Assembly: GCA_041674405.1 (NCBI GenBank)
Contig: JBAYVT010000001.1
Location: 1-32,000 of the forward strand
Origin: Patescibacteria group bacterium
GTDB taxonomy: Bacteria; Patescibacteriota; UBA1384; XYA2-FULL-43-10
Direction of reading: 5' to 3'
DNA length: 32,000 nucleotides
The notes under the pieces were generated by a model. The model searched no databases. It saw only the letters and a list, made by a program, of their open reading frames with translations, and was not told where the DNA came from. Positions 8,030 through 15,904 of the stretch are shown here, one piece after another. Within the stretch, counting starts at the first letter, position 1; every line of letters begins with the position of its first letter. The translations under genes were made by a program, and so were the position numbers.

Positions 8030-9841
8030 TTAGTTCTTTTTTGCCCGGTAGCGTTCTGCAGCGGTGAGGAGTTTTTTGCGCATACGCAGGGATTGTGGGG
8101 TTACCTCAAGTAGTTCATCGTCTTCAAGAAAATCGATGCACTGCTCGAGAGACATTTTTGTATGAGGAGTTAAGATGGTTGCAATATCCGAATTCGAAGC
8201 GCGTACATTGGATAATTTCTTTTCCTTGGTAACGTTGATATCGAGGTCGTCTTCGCGGGAATTTAGCCCCACGATCATCCCAGCGTAAACATCTGTTTGA
8301 GGTGGGATAAAGGTGATTCCTCTCTGCTGGGCGATGTTTAAGCCATAAGTTACGGCTTTGCCAGATTCAAAGGCGATCATTACGCCGTTTCGAAGTTTTG
8401 GAATTGCTGCCCCAACTTTTTCATAGCGCAAAAAGATTGAGTTGATCACTGCTGTTCCTTTAGAAAGTGTCACCAAAGTATTGCGAAGGCCGAGTGTGCC
8501 GCGGGTTGATATCTCAAAAACCAGCCTTGTTGTGGAGTCTGAGTTTTGTGATTGGTGAATTAATATTCCTCGACGTCTGCTGATTTCGCCAATTACCGAA
8601 CTTGCAAATTTATCATCGACGTCGATGGTGAGTTCTTCGATTGGCTCGCAGGTTATTCCGTCAATTTCTCTGGTGATAACTTGGGGTTTGCCGACTTGAA
8701 GCTCGAATCCTTCACGGCGAAGGTTTTCGATAAACACCGATAGGTGGAGTTCACCTCTGCCGGAAATAATATAATTCCCGTCTGCAGCGACATGGAATCG
8801 CATCGCAATATTTGTCTCGAGCTCTTTCATTATTCGCTCGAGTAATTGCCGCAAGGTTACAAACTTGCCTTCGCGTCCGGCGAAAGGTGAAGTATTGGCG
8901 TACATCGAAATTGAAAGCGTAGGCTCCTCGATTGCCATTGAAGGAACGATGTCGATCTCTCCGGGGTCGCAGATTGTGTCGCCGATTGAAACTTTCGAAA
9001 GGCCGGCAATTGAAACAATATCGCCAGATAAGGCTTCCTTGACCTCAATTTTTCTTAGTCCTGCATTTTGAAATATTTTTTCCGCTTTTCCGCTCTGGAC
9101 AGCTCCCTCTTCGTTCGCTAAAACAACATTTTGGCTGGTGGAAATTTTCCCCCGGATTATTTTACCGATTGCGTATTTGCCCAAGAAATTATCGTAGCTG
9201 AGGGCAGAGACCAACATTTGAAACGGCTTGTCGTCGTCTTTTTGCGGCTCTGGTATATACTTAACTATTCCATCCATCACTGGGGTAAGATCTGCGGGAG
9301 AGGTAAAGTCTGCCGGCATTTTTTCCCAAGATTTTCCTTCCCGCCCGATTGCATAATAGATCGGAAAATCGAGCTCGCTATCATCTTTTGCAAGTTCTAG
9401 AAATAGGTCATAAGTTTTATTCAAGGTATTTTCGATATCAGCGTTATTTTTATCGATCTTATTTACGACAACGATAATTTTAAGGCCAATTTCGAGCGCC
9501 TTTTTAAGGACAAACTTGGTCTGGGGCATTGGCCCCTCTTTGGCGTCAATCACCAAGATAGCGCCGTCTGCCATATTCAGCGTTCGCTCGACCTCTCCGG
9601 CGAAATCCGCGTGTCCCGGAGTGTCAATAATATTTATTTTCACTCCCTTGTATTCGATAGAAGTATTTTTGGCAAGAATCGTAATTCCCCGCTCGCGCTC
9701 CTGATCGTTCGAATCTAAAATCAGAGTTTCCGACATTAAGGCCTCATTCTCACGGAATGTTTTTGACTGCTTCAAAAATCCATCAACAAGGGTGGTTTTG
9801 CCATGGTCAACGTGAGCGATTATTGCGACATTTTTTATCAT
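8030..9841 (-). CDS. typA: GTP-binding protein TypA/BipA
   Basis: MIKNVAIIAHVDHGKTTL, DTPGHADFAGEVER, NKIDKNNAD; length and C-terminal LTPHTKMSLEQCIDFLEDDELLEVTPQSLRMRK typical. Track ORF extends to 9880 only through a repeat; ATG at 9841 has AGAGGA SD. Confidence 0.96.
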   Translation of the reverse strand: MIKNVAIIAHVDHGKTTLVDGFLKQSKTFRENEALMSETLILDSNDQERERGITILAKNTSIEYKGVKINIIDTPGHADFAGEVERTLNMADGAILVIDAKEGPMPQTKFVLKKALEIGLKIIVVVNKIDKNNADIENTLNKTYDLFLELAKDDSELDFPIYYAIGREGKSWEKMPADFTSPADLTPVMDGIVKYIPEPQKDDDKPFQMLVSALSYDNFLGKYAIGKIIRGKISTSQNVVLANEEGAVQSGKAEKIFQNAGLRKIEVKEALSGDIVSIAGLSKVSIGDTICDPGEIDIVPSMAIEEPTLSISMYANTSPFAGREGKFVTLRQLLERIMKELETNIAMRFHVAADGNYIISGRGELHLSVFIENLRREGFELQVGKPQVITREIDGITCEPIEELTIDVDDKFASSVIGEISRRRGILIHQSQNSDSTTRLVFEISTRGTLGLRNTLVTLSKGTAVINSIFLRYEKVGAAIPKLRNGVMIAFESGKAVTYGLNIAQQRGITFIPPQTDVYAGMIVGLNSREDDLDINVTKEKKLSNVRASNSDIATILTPHTKMSLEQCIDFLEDDELLEVTPQSLRMRKKLLTAAERYRAKKN

Positions 9842-9853
9842 ATCAATCCTCTT

Positions 9854-9874
9854 GCCCTGAGCGAGGTCGAAGGG
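9854..9874 (-). repeat. Dispersed repeat copy 1 (CCCTTCGACCTCGCTCAGGGC on the minus strand)
   Basis: 20/21 identical, in inverted orientation, to 13053..13073. Confidence 0.8.
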
Positions 9875-9898
9875 CAACATTTCTTAATTTCATATTAT

Positions 9899-11155
9899 CT
9901 AGTTTGCTTCGACAAAAGTGAGCGCAAATCCCTTATTATTCCCTCTTCCAGTGCGGCCGATCCGGTGAATATAGTCATTATAGGTCTGGGGAATTGTGTA
10001 ATTGATAACATGCGAGACATTACTGATGTCAAGTCCGCGCGCGGCGACATCTGTGGCAACAAGAATTTGAATTTGGTCATCGCGAAATTTTGATAGCGCC
10101 TTCTGGCGTTGGTTTTGGCGCTTGTCTCCGTGGATAGAATCGGCTCGAAATCCACTCTCTGCGAGATTTTTAGTGAGTTTTTCCACATCGCGCTTGGTCT
10201 CTGAGAAAATAAGGACCTTTTTGGAGCCTTCTTTTGATAAAATATCTGTCAATCGATTGAACTTATTATCAGCGTGCACTTTTACAATATCTTGGTCGAC
10301 ATTTGCCGCTGTCTCACCAGTGATGGTTTTTACAATGACAGGGTTAATTAAAAATTCACGGACAAGAGTCTCGATTTTTATCGGTAGCGTTGCAGAGAAA
10401 AACAGCGATTGACGTTTGTCTGGAAGCTCGGCCAGAATTCGTTTAATTTCATCGACAAAGCCCATATCGAGCATCCGATCGATTTCATCGAGAACAATAT
10501 TTTGAAAAAATGAAAAATTAATATTGGCCCGGTCTTTTAGATCCTTGAGACGTCCGGGAGTACCAATGACGAAATTGGGATGGCTGCGGAGATCTGATAT
10601 CTGGCGGTAGATAGGTACGCCGCCGACGCAAATTGCCGAATATATTCCCATGCCTTTGGCAAATTTGCGAAATTCGACATTTATCTGCTGGGCAAGTTCG
10701 CGAGTTGGCGCAATGATAAGAACTTTTTGATTCTTGTCGCGAAAGCATTTATCGATTAAAGGTAGCAAAAATGCCGCTGTCTTCCCAGTCCCCGTATTGG
10801 CAAGTCCTAGAATATCGCGACCGGACATAACATGCCCGATCGATTGGTCTTGAATTGGAGTTGGAGTTTCGTAACCGATTTCCTTCAAGTTCATATTAAT
10901 TTTTTGTGAGAAAGAAAAATCAGCAAAATTGTGAATAATTTTTACGTGATTCGTGGCGGTGTTTGGAACTGCCTTTTTTACAAAGCGCTGAATATCAATC
11001 ACTTCACCCCTGTTGTGTCGACGAGAATTTTGTGAGTTTGAGTAGCGCGGACGTGAACTGAATTTTCCGTGAGCAGGCTTACTAAAATTTGGTTTTCCGA
11101 ACCGGGAAAATCCACGATCAAAAGAACGTTTTTGGTGAGATCTAAAATTTTGCAT
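9899..11155 (-). CDS. DEAD-box ATP-dependent RNA helicase (RhlE/DeaD-like)
   Basis: 418 aa; Q motif PTPIQDQSI, ANTGTGKTAAF, PTRELAQQ, LDEIDRMLD, SATLP, HRIGRTGR; basic N-terminal extension. Confidence 0.95.
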   Translation of the reverse strand: MQNFRSHQKRSFDRGFSRFGKPNFSKPAHGKFSSRPRYSNSQNSRRHNRGEVIDIQRFVKKAVPNTATNHVKIIHNFADFSFSQKINMNLKEIGYETPTPIQDQSIGHVMSGRDILGLANTGTGKTAAFLLPLIDKCFRDKNQKVLIIAPTRELAQQINVEFRKFAKGMGIYSAICVGGVPIYRQISDLRSHPNFVIGTPGRLKDLKDRANINFSFFQNIVLDEIDRMLDMGFVDEIKRILAELPDKRQSLFFSATLPIKIETLVREFLINPVIVKTITGETAANVDQDIVKVHADNKFNRLTDILSKEGSKKVLIFSETKRDVEKLTKNLAESGFRADSIHGDKRQNQRQKALSKFRDDQIQILVATDVAARGLDISNVSHVINYTIPQTYNDYIHRIGRTGRGNNKGFALTFVEAN

Positions 11156-11166
11156 ACAATTTCCTA

Positions 11167-11228
11167 CGCGAGATTTCGCGTTAATATTAAAACTTCGAAT
11201 AGCTCTTTAAGAACGTCGAAGTTTTAAT
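11167..11228 (-). promoter_or_regulatory. Structured 5' leader of helicase gene (two hairpins)
   Basis: CGCGA-GATT-TCGCG (11167..11180) and 13-bp inverted repeat attaaaacttcga/tcgaagttttaat (11186..11198/11216..11228). Confidence 0.5.
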
Positions 11229-11262
11229 TCGGAAATCTAAAGAACGATTTCGAGACTTCGAA

Positions 11263-11291
11263 AGTATATCATTAATTAGTATTTAAGTCAA
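11263..11291 (-). promoter_or_regulatory. Predicted helicase promoter
   Basis: Minus strand TTGACT-N17-TATACT. Confidence 0.6.
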
Positions 11292-11416
11292 GGATTGTAT
11301 CTCGATGAATTAAGAGGTTGTAAGCTTGATGATTGCTCAAGTTGTACCAGTATGAATTGAAAATAATCAATTTCTAAAGGTTAAAACCAATGCGGGCCAA
11401 TTAAAACACAAATAAA

Positions 11417-11455
11417 AAGACCAGAGGAATTAAATAAATTAATTGCTCTGGTCTT
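11417..11455 (-). terminator. Terminator of GC-rich cassette 2
   Basis: Minus strand AAGACCAGAG...CTCTGGTCTT (10 bp) followed by TTTATTTGTGTTTT; a second 8-bp hairpin GCTCCGAC/GTCGGAGC lies just upstream (11456..11478). Confidence 0.75.
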
Positions 11456-11512
11456 GCTCCGACAAACGTCGTCGGAGCACCAGTACCACCTCCAGTTCAC
11501 CAAGACTTGACG

Positions 11513-11983
11513 CTACAGCGCCGGCGGCTGCGGCATGCCGCAGCCAATCATTACGATACCCACGCTGCCTGCGGGTGCAGCCTCCATGATGCGCTCGACG
11601 GTGCACTGCGGGCAGGTGCATGTGGACTTGTCCCTCGTCCAGACCTTCCAACCTGCCGCGACTCCGTAGTGCCGCTCGCCGAAAAGGCCGAAGACAGCCT
11701 TCATCTCGTAGTCGTAGATGTCCGTGATGAGCTTCACCCGCGCTGCATGCTCGAGGCACTGGCGCAGGAAGTCCTTGTTGTCGTCTGTGTCCTGTTCCTC
11801 GATCTCATCGAGTTTCTTCAAGATGCCCTCGGCCTCCGGCCGGAAGCTCTCGATGAGGCTGTACAGGCGCTTCAGCTCCTCGGGCAGGTCCCCGATCACA
11901 TTGGCGTTCTCCGGGATCGGACCCTCGGGCTCGATTAGCTCAACTACTCCCATGCCAGCCAGTACGTCCTGAATCTTTAACAT
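11513..11983 (-). CDS. GC-rich orphan protein, cassette 2, with CxCxxC motif (hypothetical)
   Basis: Track ORF 11513..12004 (163 aa); likely start MLKIQDVLAG at about 11983 after AAAGGTGAT SD; contains STCTCPQCTVER, possible metal-binding knuckle. Confidence 0.6.
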   Translation of the reverse strand: MLKIQDVLAGMGVVELIEPEGPIPENANVIGDLPEELKRLYSLIESFRPEAEGILKKLDEIEEQDTDDNKDFLRQCLEHAARVKLITDIYDYEMKAVFGLFGERHYGVAAGWKVWTRDKSTCTCPQCTVERIMEAAPAGSVGIVMIGCGMPQPPAL

Positions 11984-12038
11984 CGACATCACCTTTATTT
12001 TCACTGCCGATCGTTATCAGTCAGTGCCCCCTTGCCAC

Positions 12039-12088
12039 CTTTCGGGAGCAAATAATCGGAAATAATTCCAAACATTTGCTCCCGAAAG
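12039..12088 (-). repeat. 15-bp inverted repeat in the 5' leader of cassette 2
   Basis: ctttcgggagcaaat (12039..12053) / atttgctcccgaaag (12074..12088), 20-nt loop. Confidence 0.85.
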
Positions 12089-12096
12089 ATTGAATA

Positions 12097-12125
12097 ATAT
12101 TAACATATTAATTCTGATCTGTCAA
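12097..12125 (-). promoter_or_regulatory. Predicted promoter of cassette 2
   Basis: Minus strand TTGACA-GATCAGAATTAATATGT-TAATAT: consensus -35, 17-nt spacer, extended -10. Confidence 0.75.
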
Positions 12126-12255
12126 CGATCGTGAATTGTAGTGTTTCTTGCCTTCGGTTGGCATAATCACACAATATACTTAAATTACAACCCTCTTAAT
12201 CAAAGAACGAACCGGCACGCCGATTCGCTCAATGATCATCCCCTCTTTTCCAGTT

Positions 12256-12891
12256 CTAGTGGCTCCTGCCCCCTCGGCCTCGGTCCTTTGCGCCGCGCGT
12301 ATCCTTGCCCTGAAGAGCAAGGCGCTTCTGCTTGTCGGCGCGCCTCTTCTTTTGCTCGTCGGTCGGCGATTTCTTCTTGCCCAAGATTCGCTCCTGGGTC
12401 GGCGATTTCCTCGCTTTCTCCTTGGCAAGAAGCGCGCGAACTTCGCGCTTAACCCAGCCATCAAGGCGGTCCAGGTGGACATCCCGTTCCTCCACGCAGA
12501 CGACCTGGAAGAGAAGCGGATCGGTCTTCTGGATGGAAACGCATACCTGCGTGTAGCATCCGTTCCGGTGGTAGATGACGCGGCCGGCGGTGATGAAGCA
12601 CACCGACTGCGGCTCCTTGTCCGGGTTGGTTGCGGTTGTGCTCGAGGCAATTCCCTCCTTCTGGTCGTCCAGGTGGATGCGGTCCGTATTTGTGGGTACG
12701 CTCACATCCATCAGGTTGACGAAGAGTCTCGCCTTGGGGATCCGCGCCATAGCTTGAGGAATCCGATACATCCCGTTGCCCTGGTCGGCAAGCTTGACGA
12801 AGAGCCGCTGCCCGACTACCAAGCAGGCAAGCCTGTGATTGTGGATAATGGCGGCATTGCCATTGTTCCGTGAAACCGCGAAATACAGCAT
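12256..12891 (-). CDS. GC-rich orphan protein, cassette 3, with long basic C-terminal tail (hypothetical)
   Basis: 211 aa from ATG at 12891 preceded by CAGGAGGA SD (track ORF start 12939 is upstream of the likely start); C-terminus KKKSPTDEQKKRRADKQKRLALQGKDTRGAKDRGRGG. Confidence 0.6.
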   Translation of the reverse strand: MLYFAVSRNNGNAAIIHNHRLACLVVGQRLFVKLADQGNGMYRIPQAMARIPKARLFVNLMDVSVPTNTDRIHLDDQKEGIASSTTATNPDKEPQSVCFITAGRVIYHRNGCYTQVCVSIQKTDPLLFQVVCVEERDVHLDRLDGWVKREVRALLAKEKARKSPTQERILGKKKSPTDEQKKRRADKQKRLALQGKDTRGAKDRGRGGRSH

Positions 12892-12929
12892 TTTTTCCTC
12901 CTGAGTATTGGTGTGATTGCGGCGATATT

Positions 12930-12958
12930 GTTTTAACATAAATTGTTTAGTTTGTAAA
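12930..12958 (-). promoter_or_regulatory. Predicted promoter of cassette 3
   Basis: Minus strand TTTACA-AACTAAACAATTTATGT-TAAAAC, N17, TGT before -10. Confidence 0.6.
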
Positions 12959-12981
12959 CCTTTAAAAAGGATGTAAACACA

Positions 12982-13012
12982 AAAACACCGCCGGTGTTCA
13001 GGGCGGTGTTTT
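12982..13012 (-). terminator. ppdK terminator
   Basis: AAAACACCGCC / GGCGGTGTTTT 11-bp arms; T-rich tail (TTTTTGTGTTT) on the minus strand. Confidence 0.85.
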
Positions 13013-13052
13013 AATATAGAATCAGGCTAACTATTTCGATGTATAGGAAATT

Positions 13053-13073
13053 CCCTTCGACTTCGCTCAGGGC
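13053..13073 (+). repeat. Dispersed repeat copy 2 (CCCTTCGACTTCGCTCAGGGC)
   Basis: 20/21 identical to reverse complement of 9854..9874; lies just after the ppdK stop. Confidence 0.8.
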
Positions 13074-13077
13074 GAGA

Positions 13078-15726
13078 CTATTTGGAAGTATAGCTGATTC
13101 CGGATTTCGCGGCGATTACGGCTTGTGCAGCGGCAAGTCTGGCGATTGGGACGCGATATGGTGAGCAGGAAACATAATTCATCTTTACTTTGTGGCAGAA
13201 GTGAATTGTGGTAGGATCTCCGCCGTGCTCTCCACAGATGCCGACTTTCAGATTCTTCTTTGATGATCGGCCTTTCTCGATCCCAATCTCAACCATTTTG
13301 CCGACACCGTCTTGGTCGAGAGTTTGGAATGGATCAGCGTCAAAGATGCCAATTTCCTTGTAAACTTTGATGAATTTGCCGGCGTCGTCGCGGGAGAAGC
13401 CCATTGTCATTTGGGTTAAGTCGTTGGTTCCGAAGGAGAAGAATTCAGCTTTCTCAGCGATCTCGTCTGCAGTTACAGCGGCTCGTGGAACTTCGATCAT
13501 TGTGCCAACCTTATAGTCGATCTTGGTTTTGTATTCGGACATGACTCGGGTAGCAGTTTCATCAACAACTTTCTTCTGGTTCTCAAACTCCTTGACATTG
13601 CCTACAAGCGGGATCATGATTTCCGGAACGATCTTAAATCCATCTTTCGCAAGTTCGCAAGCGGCAGAGATGATAGCTTCAGCCTGCATCTCGGTGATTT
13701 CCGGATATGTAATTCCGAGGCGGCAACCGCGGTGGCCAAGCATCGGATTGAATTCGTGCAAATCTTCAGAAACCTGTTTGATCTTGGATTCAGAAATACC
13801 GATTTTTTTCGAAAGAGCTTTGACATCCTCGTTTGTCTTTGGCAAAAACTCATGCAAAGGCGGGTCCAAAAGACGGATGGTTACCGGAAAACCCTTCATT
13901 TCGCGGAAGAGGCCAAGGAAATCTTCTTTCTGGAAAGGTAAGAGCTTTTTCAAGGCTTTTCTTCTTTCGTCTTCGGTATCGGCAAGAATCATCTGTTGCA
14001 TGAATGGAAGGCGCTTCTCGTCGAAAAACATGTGTTCGGTGCGGCAGAGGCCGATGCCTTCGGCGCCAAATTCTCGAGCGGTCTTGGCATCAGTCGGCGT
14101 GTCTGCATTGGTGCGAACTCCGAGGACGCGGGTTTTGTCAGCCCAGCCCATGAGAGTCTTGAATTCGGCTTTGATCTCCGGCTCGATTGTTTTGACCTCG
14201 CCAAGGATGACTTGGCCGGTAGAGCCGTTTAGGGCGATCCATTCCCCTGCTTTGACTGTATATGAACCAACAGTAAATTTCTTCGCTTTTTCATCAATCT
14301 TTATATCACCGCAGCCGGCAACGCATGTTTTGCCCATTCCGCGGGCAACAACTGCGGCGTGGCTGGTCATACCGCCGCGGCAGGTCAAGATTCCCTGTGC
14401 TGCGTACATGCCGTGGATATCATCCGGTGAGGTCTCAGCGCGGACCAGGACGACCTTTTCGTTGTCGCCAAGTTCGGCAGCGGTATCTGCGTCGAAAACG
14501 ACCTTACCGACAGCGGCACCGGGAGAGGCCGGAAGTCCCATTGCGATAACCTCAAGCGTAGCTTTCGGATCGATGACAGGGTGCAAAAGCTGGTCGATAG
14601 TTTCCGGTTCTAGCCGCATTACAGCTTCGTCTTCTCCGATCATTTTCTCTTTGACCAAATCAACAGCGATCTTGACAGCAGCTTGGGCAGTTCTTTTGCC
14701 GGTTCTGGTCTGTAACATGTAGAGCTTGTTTCTTTCGATGGTAAACTCAAAATCCTGAACATCTTTATAATGTTTTTCAAGTTTGTCTGTGATTGCCTTG
14801 AGCTCTGTAAATGCTTTTGGCATCTCCTTCTTGAGATCGGCTATCGGGTGCGGCGTGCGTACGCCGGCTACAACATCTTCGCCCTGTGCATTGGTAAGGA
14901 ATTCACCGTAGAACTCCTTATCACCAGTGGAAGGATTTCTAGTGAATCCGACGCCGGTGGCGCAGTCATCACCCATGTTGCCGAAGACCATTGCCTGGAC
15001 ATTTACGGCTGTTCCCAAATTGTGAGGAATGTTATTCAAGTTTCTGTAAGTATTGGCTCGGTCATTGCCCCAGCTCTCGAATACCGCTTTGTAGGCCATT
15101 TCAAGTTGTTTAGCCGGATCCTCTGGAAATTCTTTGCCGGTCTCTTTCTTGACCAATTTTTTATATCCGTCGATCACATCTAGAAGATCGTCGGCGGTGA
15201 GGTCGGTATCAAGTTTAGCACCGGCTTTGTCTTTGACAAGATCTAGAACATGTTCAAATTTGTCTTTGTCGATAGCAAGTACGACATTTCCGAACATCTG
15301 GATAAATCTTCGGTAGGCGTCGTGAGCAAATCGGGAATTCCCGGTAAGCTCGGCCATGCCTTTGACAGTTTCATCGTTCAAGCCAAGGTTTAGGATCGTA
15401 TCCATCATACCCGGCATCGAGAACTTGGCGCCGGAACGGACGGAGAGAAGGAGCGGATTTTTGGCGTCGCCGAATTTTTTTCCGGTTGACTTTTCAACTT
15501 TTGCAAGCATTGGTGCAAGCTCGGAGTCAAAGTCCTTCGGCAGTTTCTTGCCGTTGTTGTAATAGTAATTGCACATTTCGGTCGTGATAGTAAAACCTGA
15601 TGGGACCGGAACGCCTAAATTCGACATTTCGGCAAGGTTTGCGCCTTTACCGCCCAAGAGAGCTTTCATTTCCGCTTTGCCTTCGGCTTTTCCGTCACCG
15701 AAATAATAGATGTACTTCGTACTCAT
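13078..15726 (-). CDS. ppdK: Pyruvate, phosphate dikinase
   Basis: 882 aa; LGGKGANLAEM, SVRSGAKFSMPGMMDT, catalytic His segment TCRGGMTSHAAVVARGMGKTCVAG, C-terminal GICGEHGGDP. Confidence 0.97.
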   Translation of the reverse strand: MSTKYIYYFGDGKAEGKAEMKALLGGKGANLAEMSNLGVPVPSGFTITTEMCNYYYNNGKKLPKDFDSELAPMLAKVEKSTGKKFGDAKNPLLLSVRSGAKFSMPGMMDTILNLGLNDETVKGMAELTGNSRFAHDAYRRFIQMFGNVVLAIDKDKFEHVLDLVKDKAGAKLDTDLTADDLLDVIDGYKKLVKKETGKEFPEDPAKQLEMAYKAVFESWGNDRANTYRNLNNIPHNLGTAVNVQAMVFGNMGDDCATGVGFTRNPSTGDKEFYGEFLTNAQGEDVVAGVRTPHPIADLKKEMPKAFTELKAITDKLEKHYKDVQDFEFTIERNKLYMLQTRTGKRTAQAAVKIAVDLVKEKMIGEDEAVMRLEPETIDQLLHPVIDPKATLEVIAMGLPASPGAAVGKVVFDADTAAELGDNEKVVLVRAETSPDDIHGMYAAQGILTCRGGMTSHAAVVARGMGKTCVAGCGDIKIDEKAKKFTVGSYTVKAGEWIALNGSTGQVILGEVKTIEPEIKAEFKTLMGWADKTRVLGVRTNADTPTDAKTAREFGAEGIGLCRTEHMFFDEKRLPFMQQMILADTEDERRKALKKLLPFQKEDFLGLFREMKGFPVTIRLLDPPLHEFLPKTNEDVKALSKKIGISESKIKQVSEDLHEFNPMLGHRGCRLGITYPEITEMQAEAIISAACELAKDGFKIVPEIMIPLVGNVKEFENQKKVVDETATRVMSEYKTKIDYKVGTMIEVPRAAVTADEIAEKAEFFSFGTNDLTQMTMGFSRDDAGKFIKVYKEIGIFDADPFQTLDQDGVGKMVEIGIEKGRSSKKNLKVGICGEHGGDPTTIHFCHKVKMNYVSCSPYRVPIARLAAAQAVIAAKSGISYTSK

Positions 15727-15836
15727 AGTAGATTCCTATTTAATAATGACGAAATTATATTAGCAAAAAATTATTTTAAGATCAAATATCCTTTATTTAT
15801 AACATTCCCAAATATTTGAGATATCTGATCAAATGA

Positions 15837-15865
15837 TAGACAAATCCGGTAAAATATGTTAAAAA
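15837..15865 (+). promoter_or_regulatory. Predicted promoter of cassette 4
   Basis: TAGACA-AATCCGGTAAAATATGT-TAAAAA, N17, TGT before -10. Confidence 0.5.
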
Positions 15866-15904
15866 AGATTGCGCACATCATCCAGCACCCAACAGGAGAA
15901 AACC

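Noticed and set aside
11507-11938. Plus-strand 143-aa ORF opposite cassette 2
   Set aside because: The minus strand has a consensus promoter, SD and T-tailed terminator; this is a GC-rich shadow.
12232-12873. Plus-strand 213-aa ORF opposite cassette 3
   Set aside because: Shadow ORF in GC-rich DNA; the opposite strand has a perfect SD, promoter and plausible start.
13523-14722. Plus-strand 399-aa ORF opposite ppdK
   Set aside because: Antisense shadow of the conserved ppdK reading frame; Ser/Arg-rich composition typical of such shadows.
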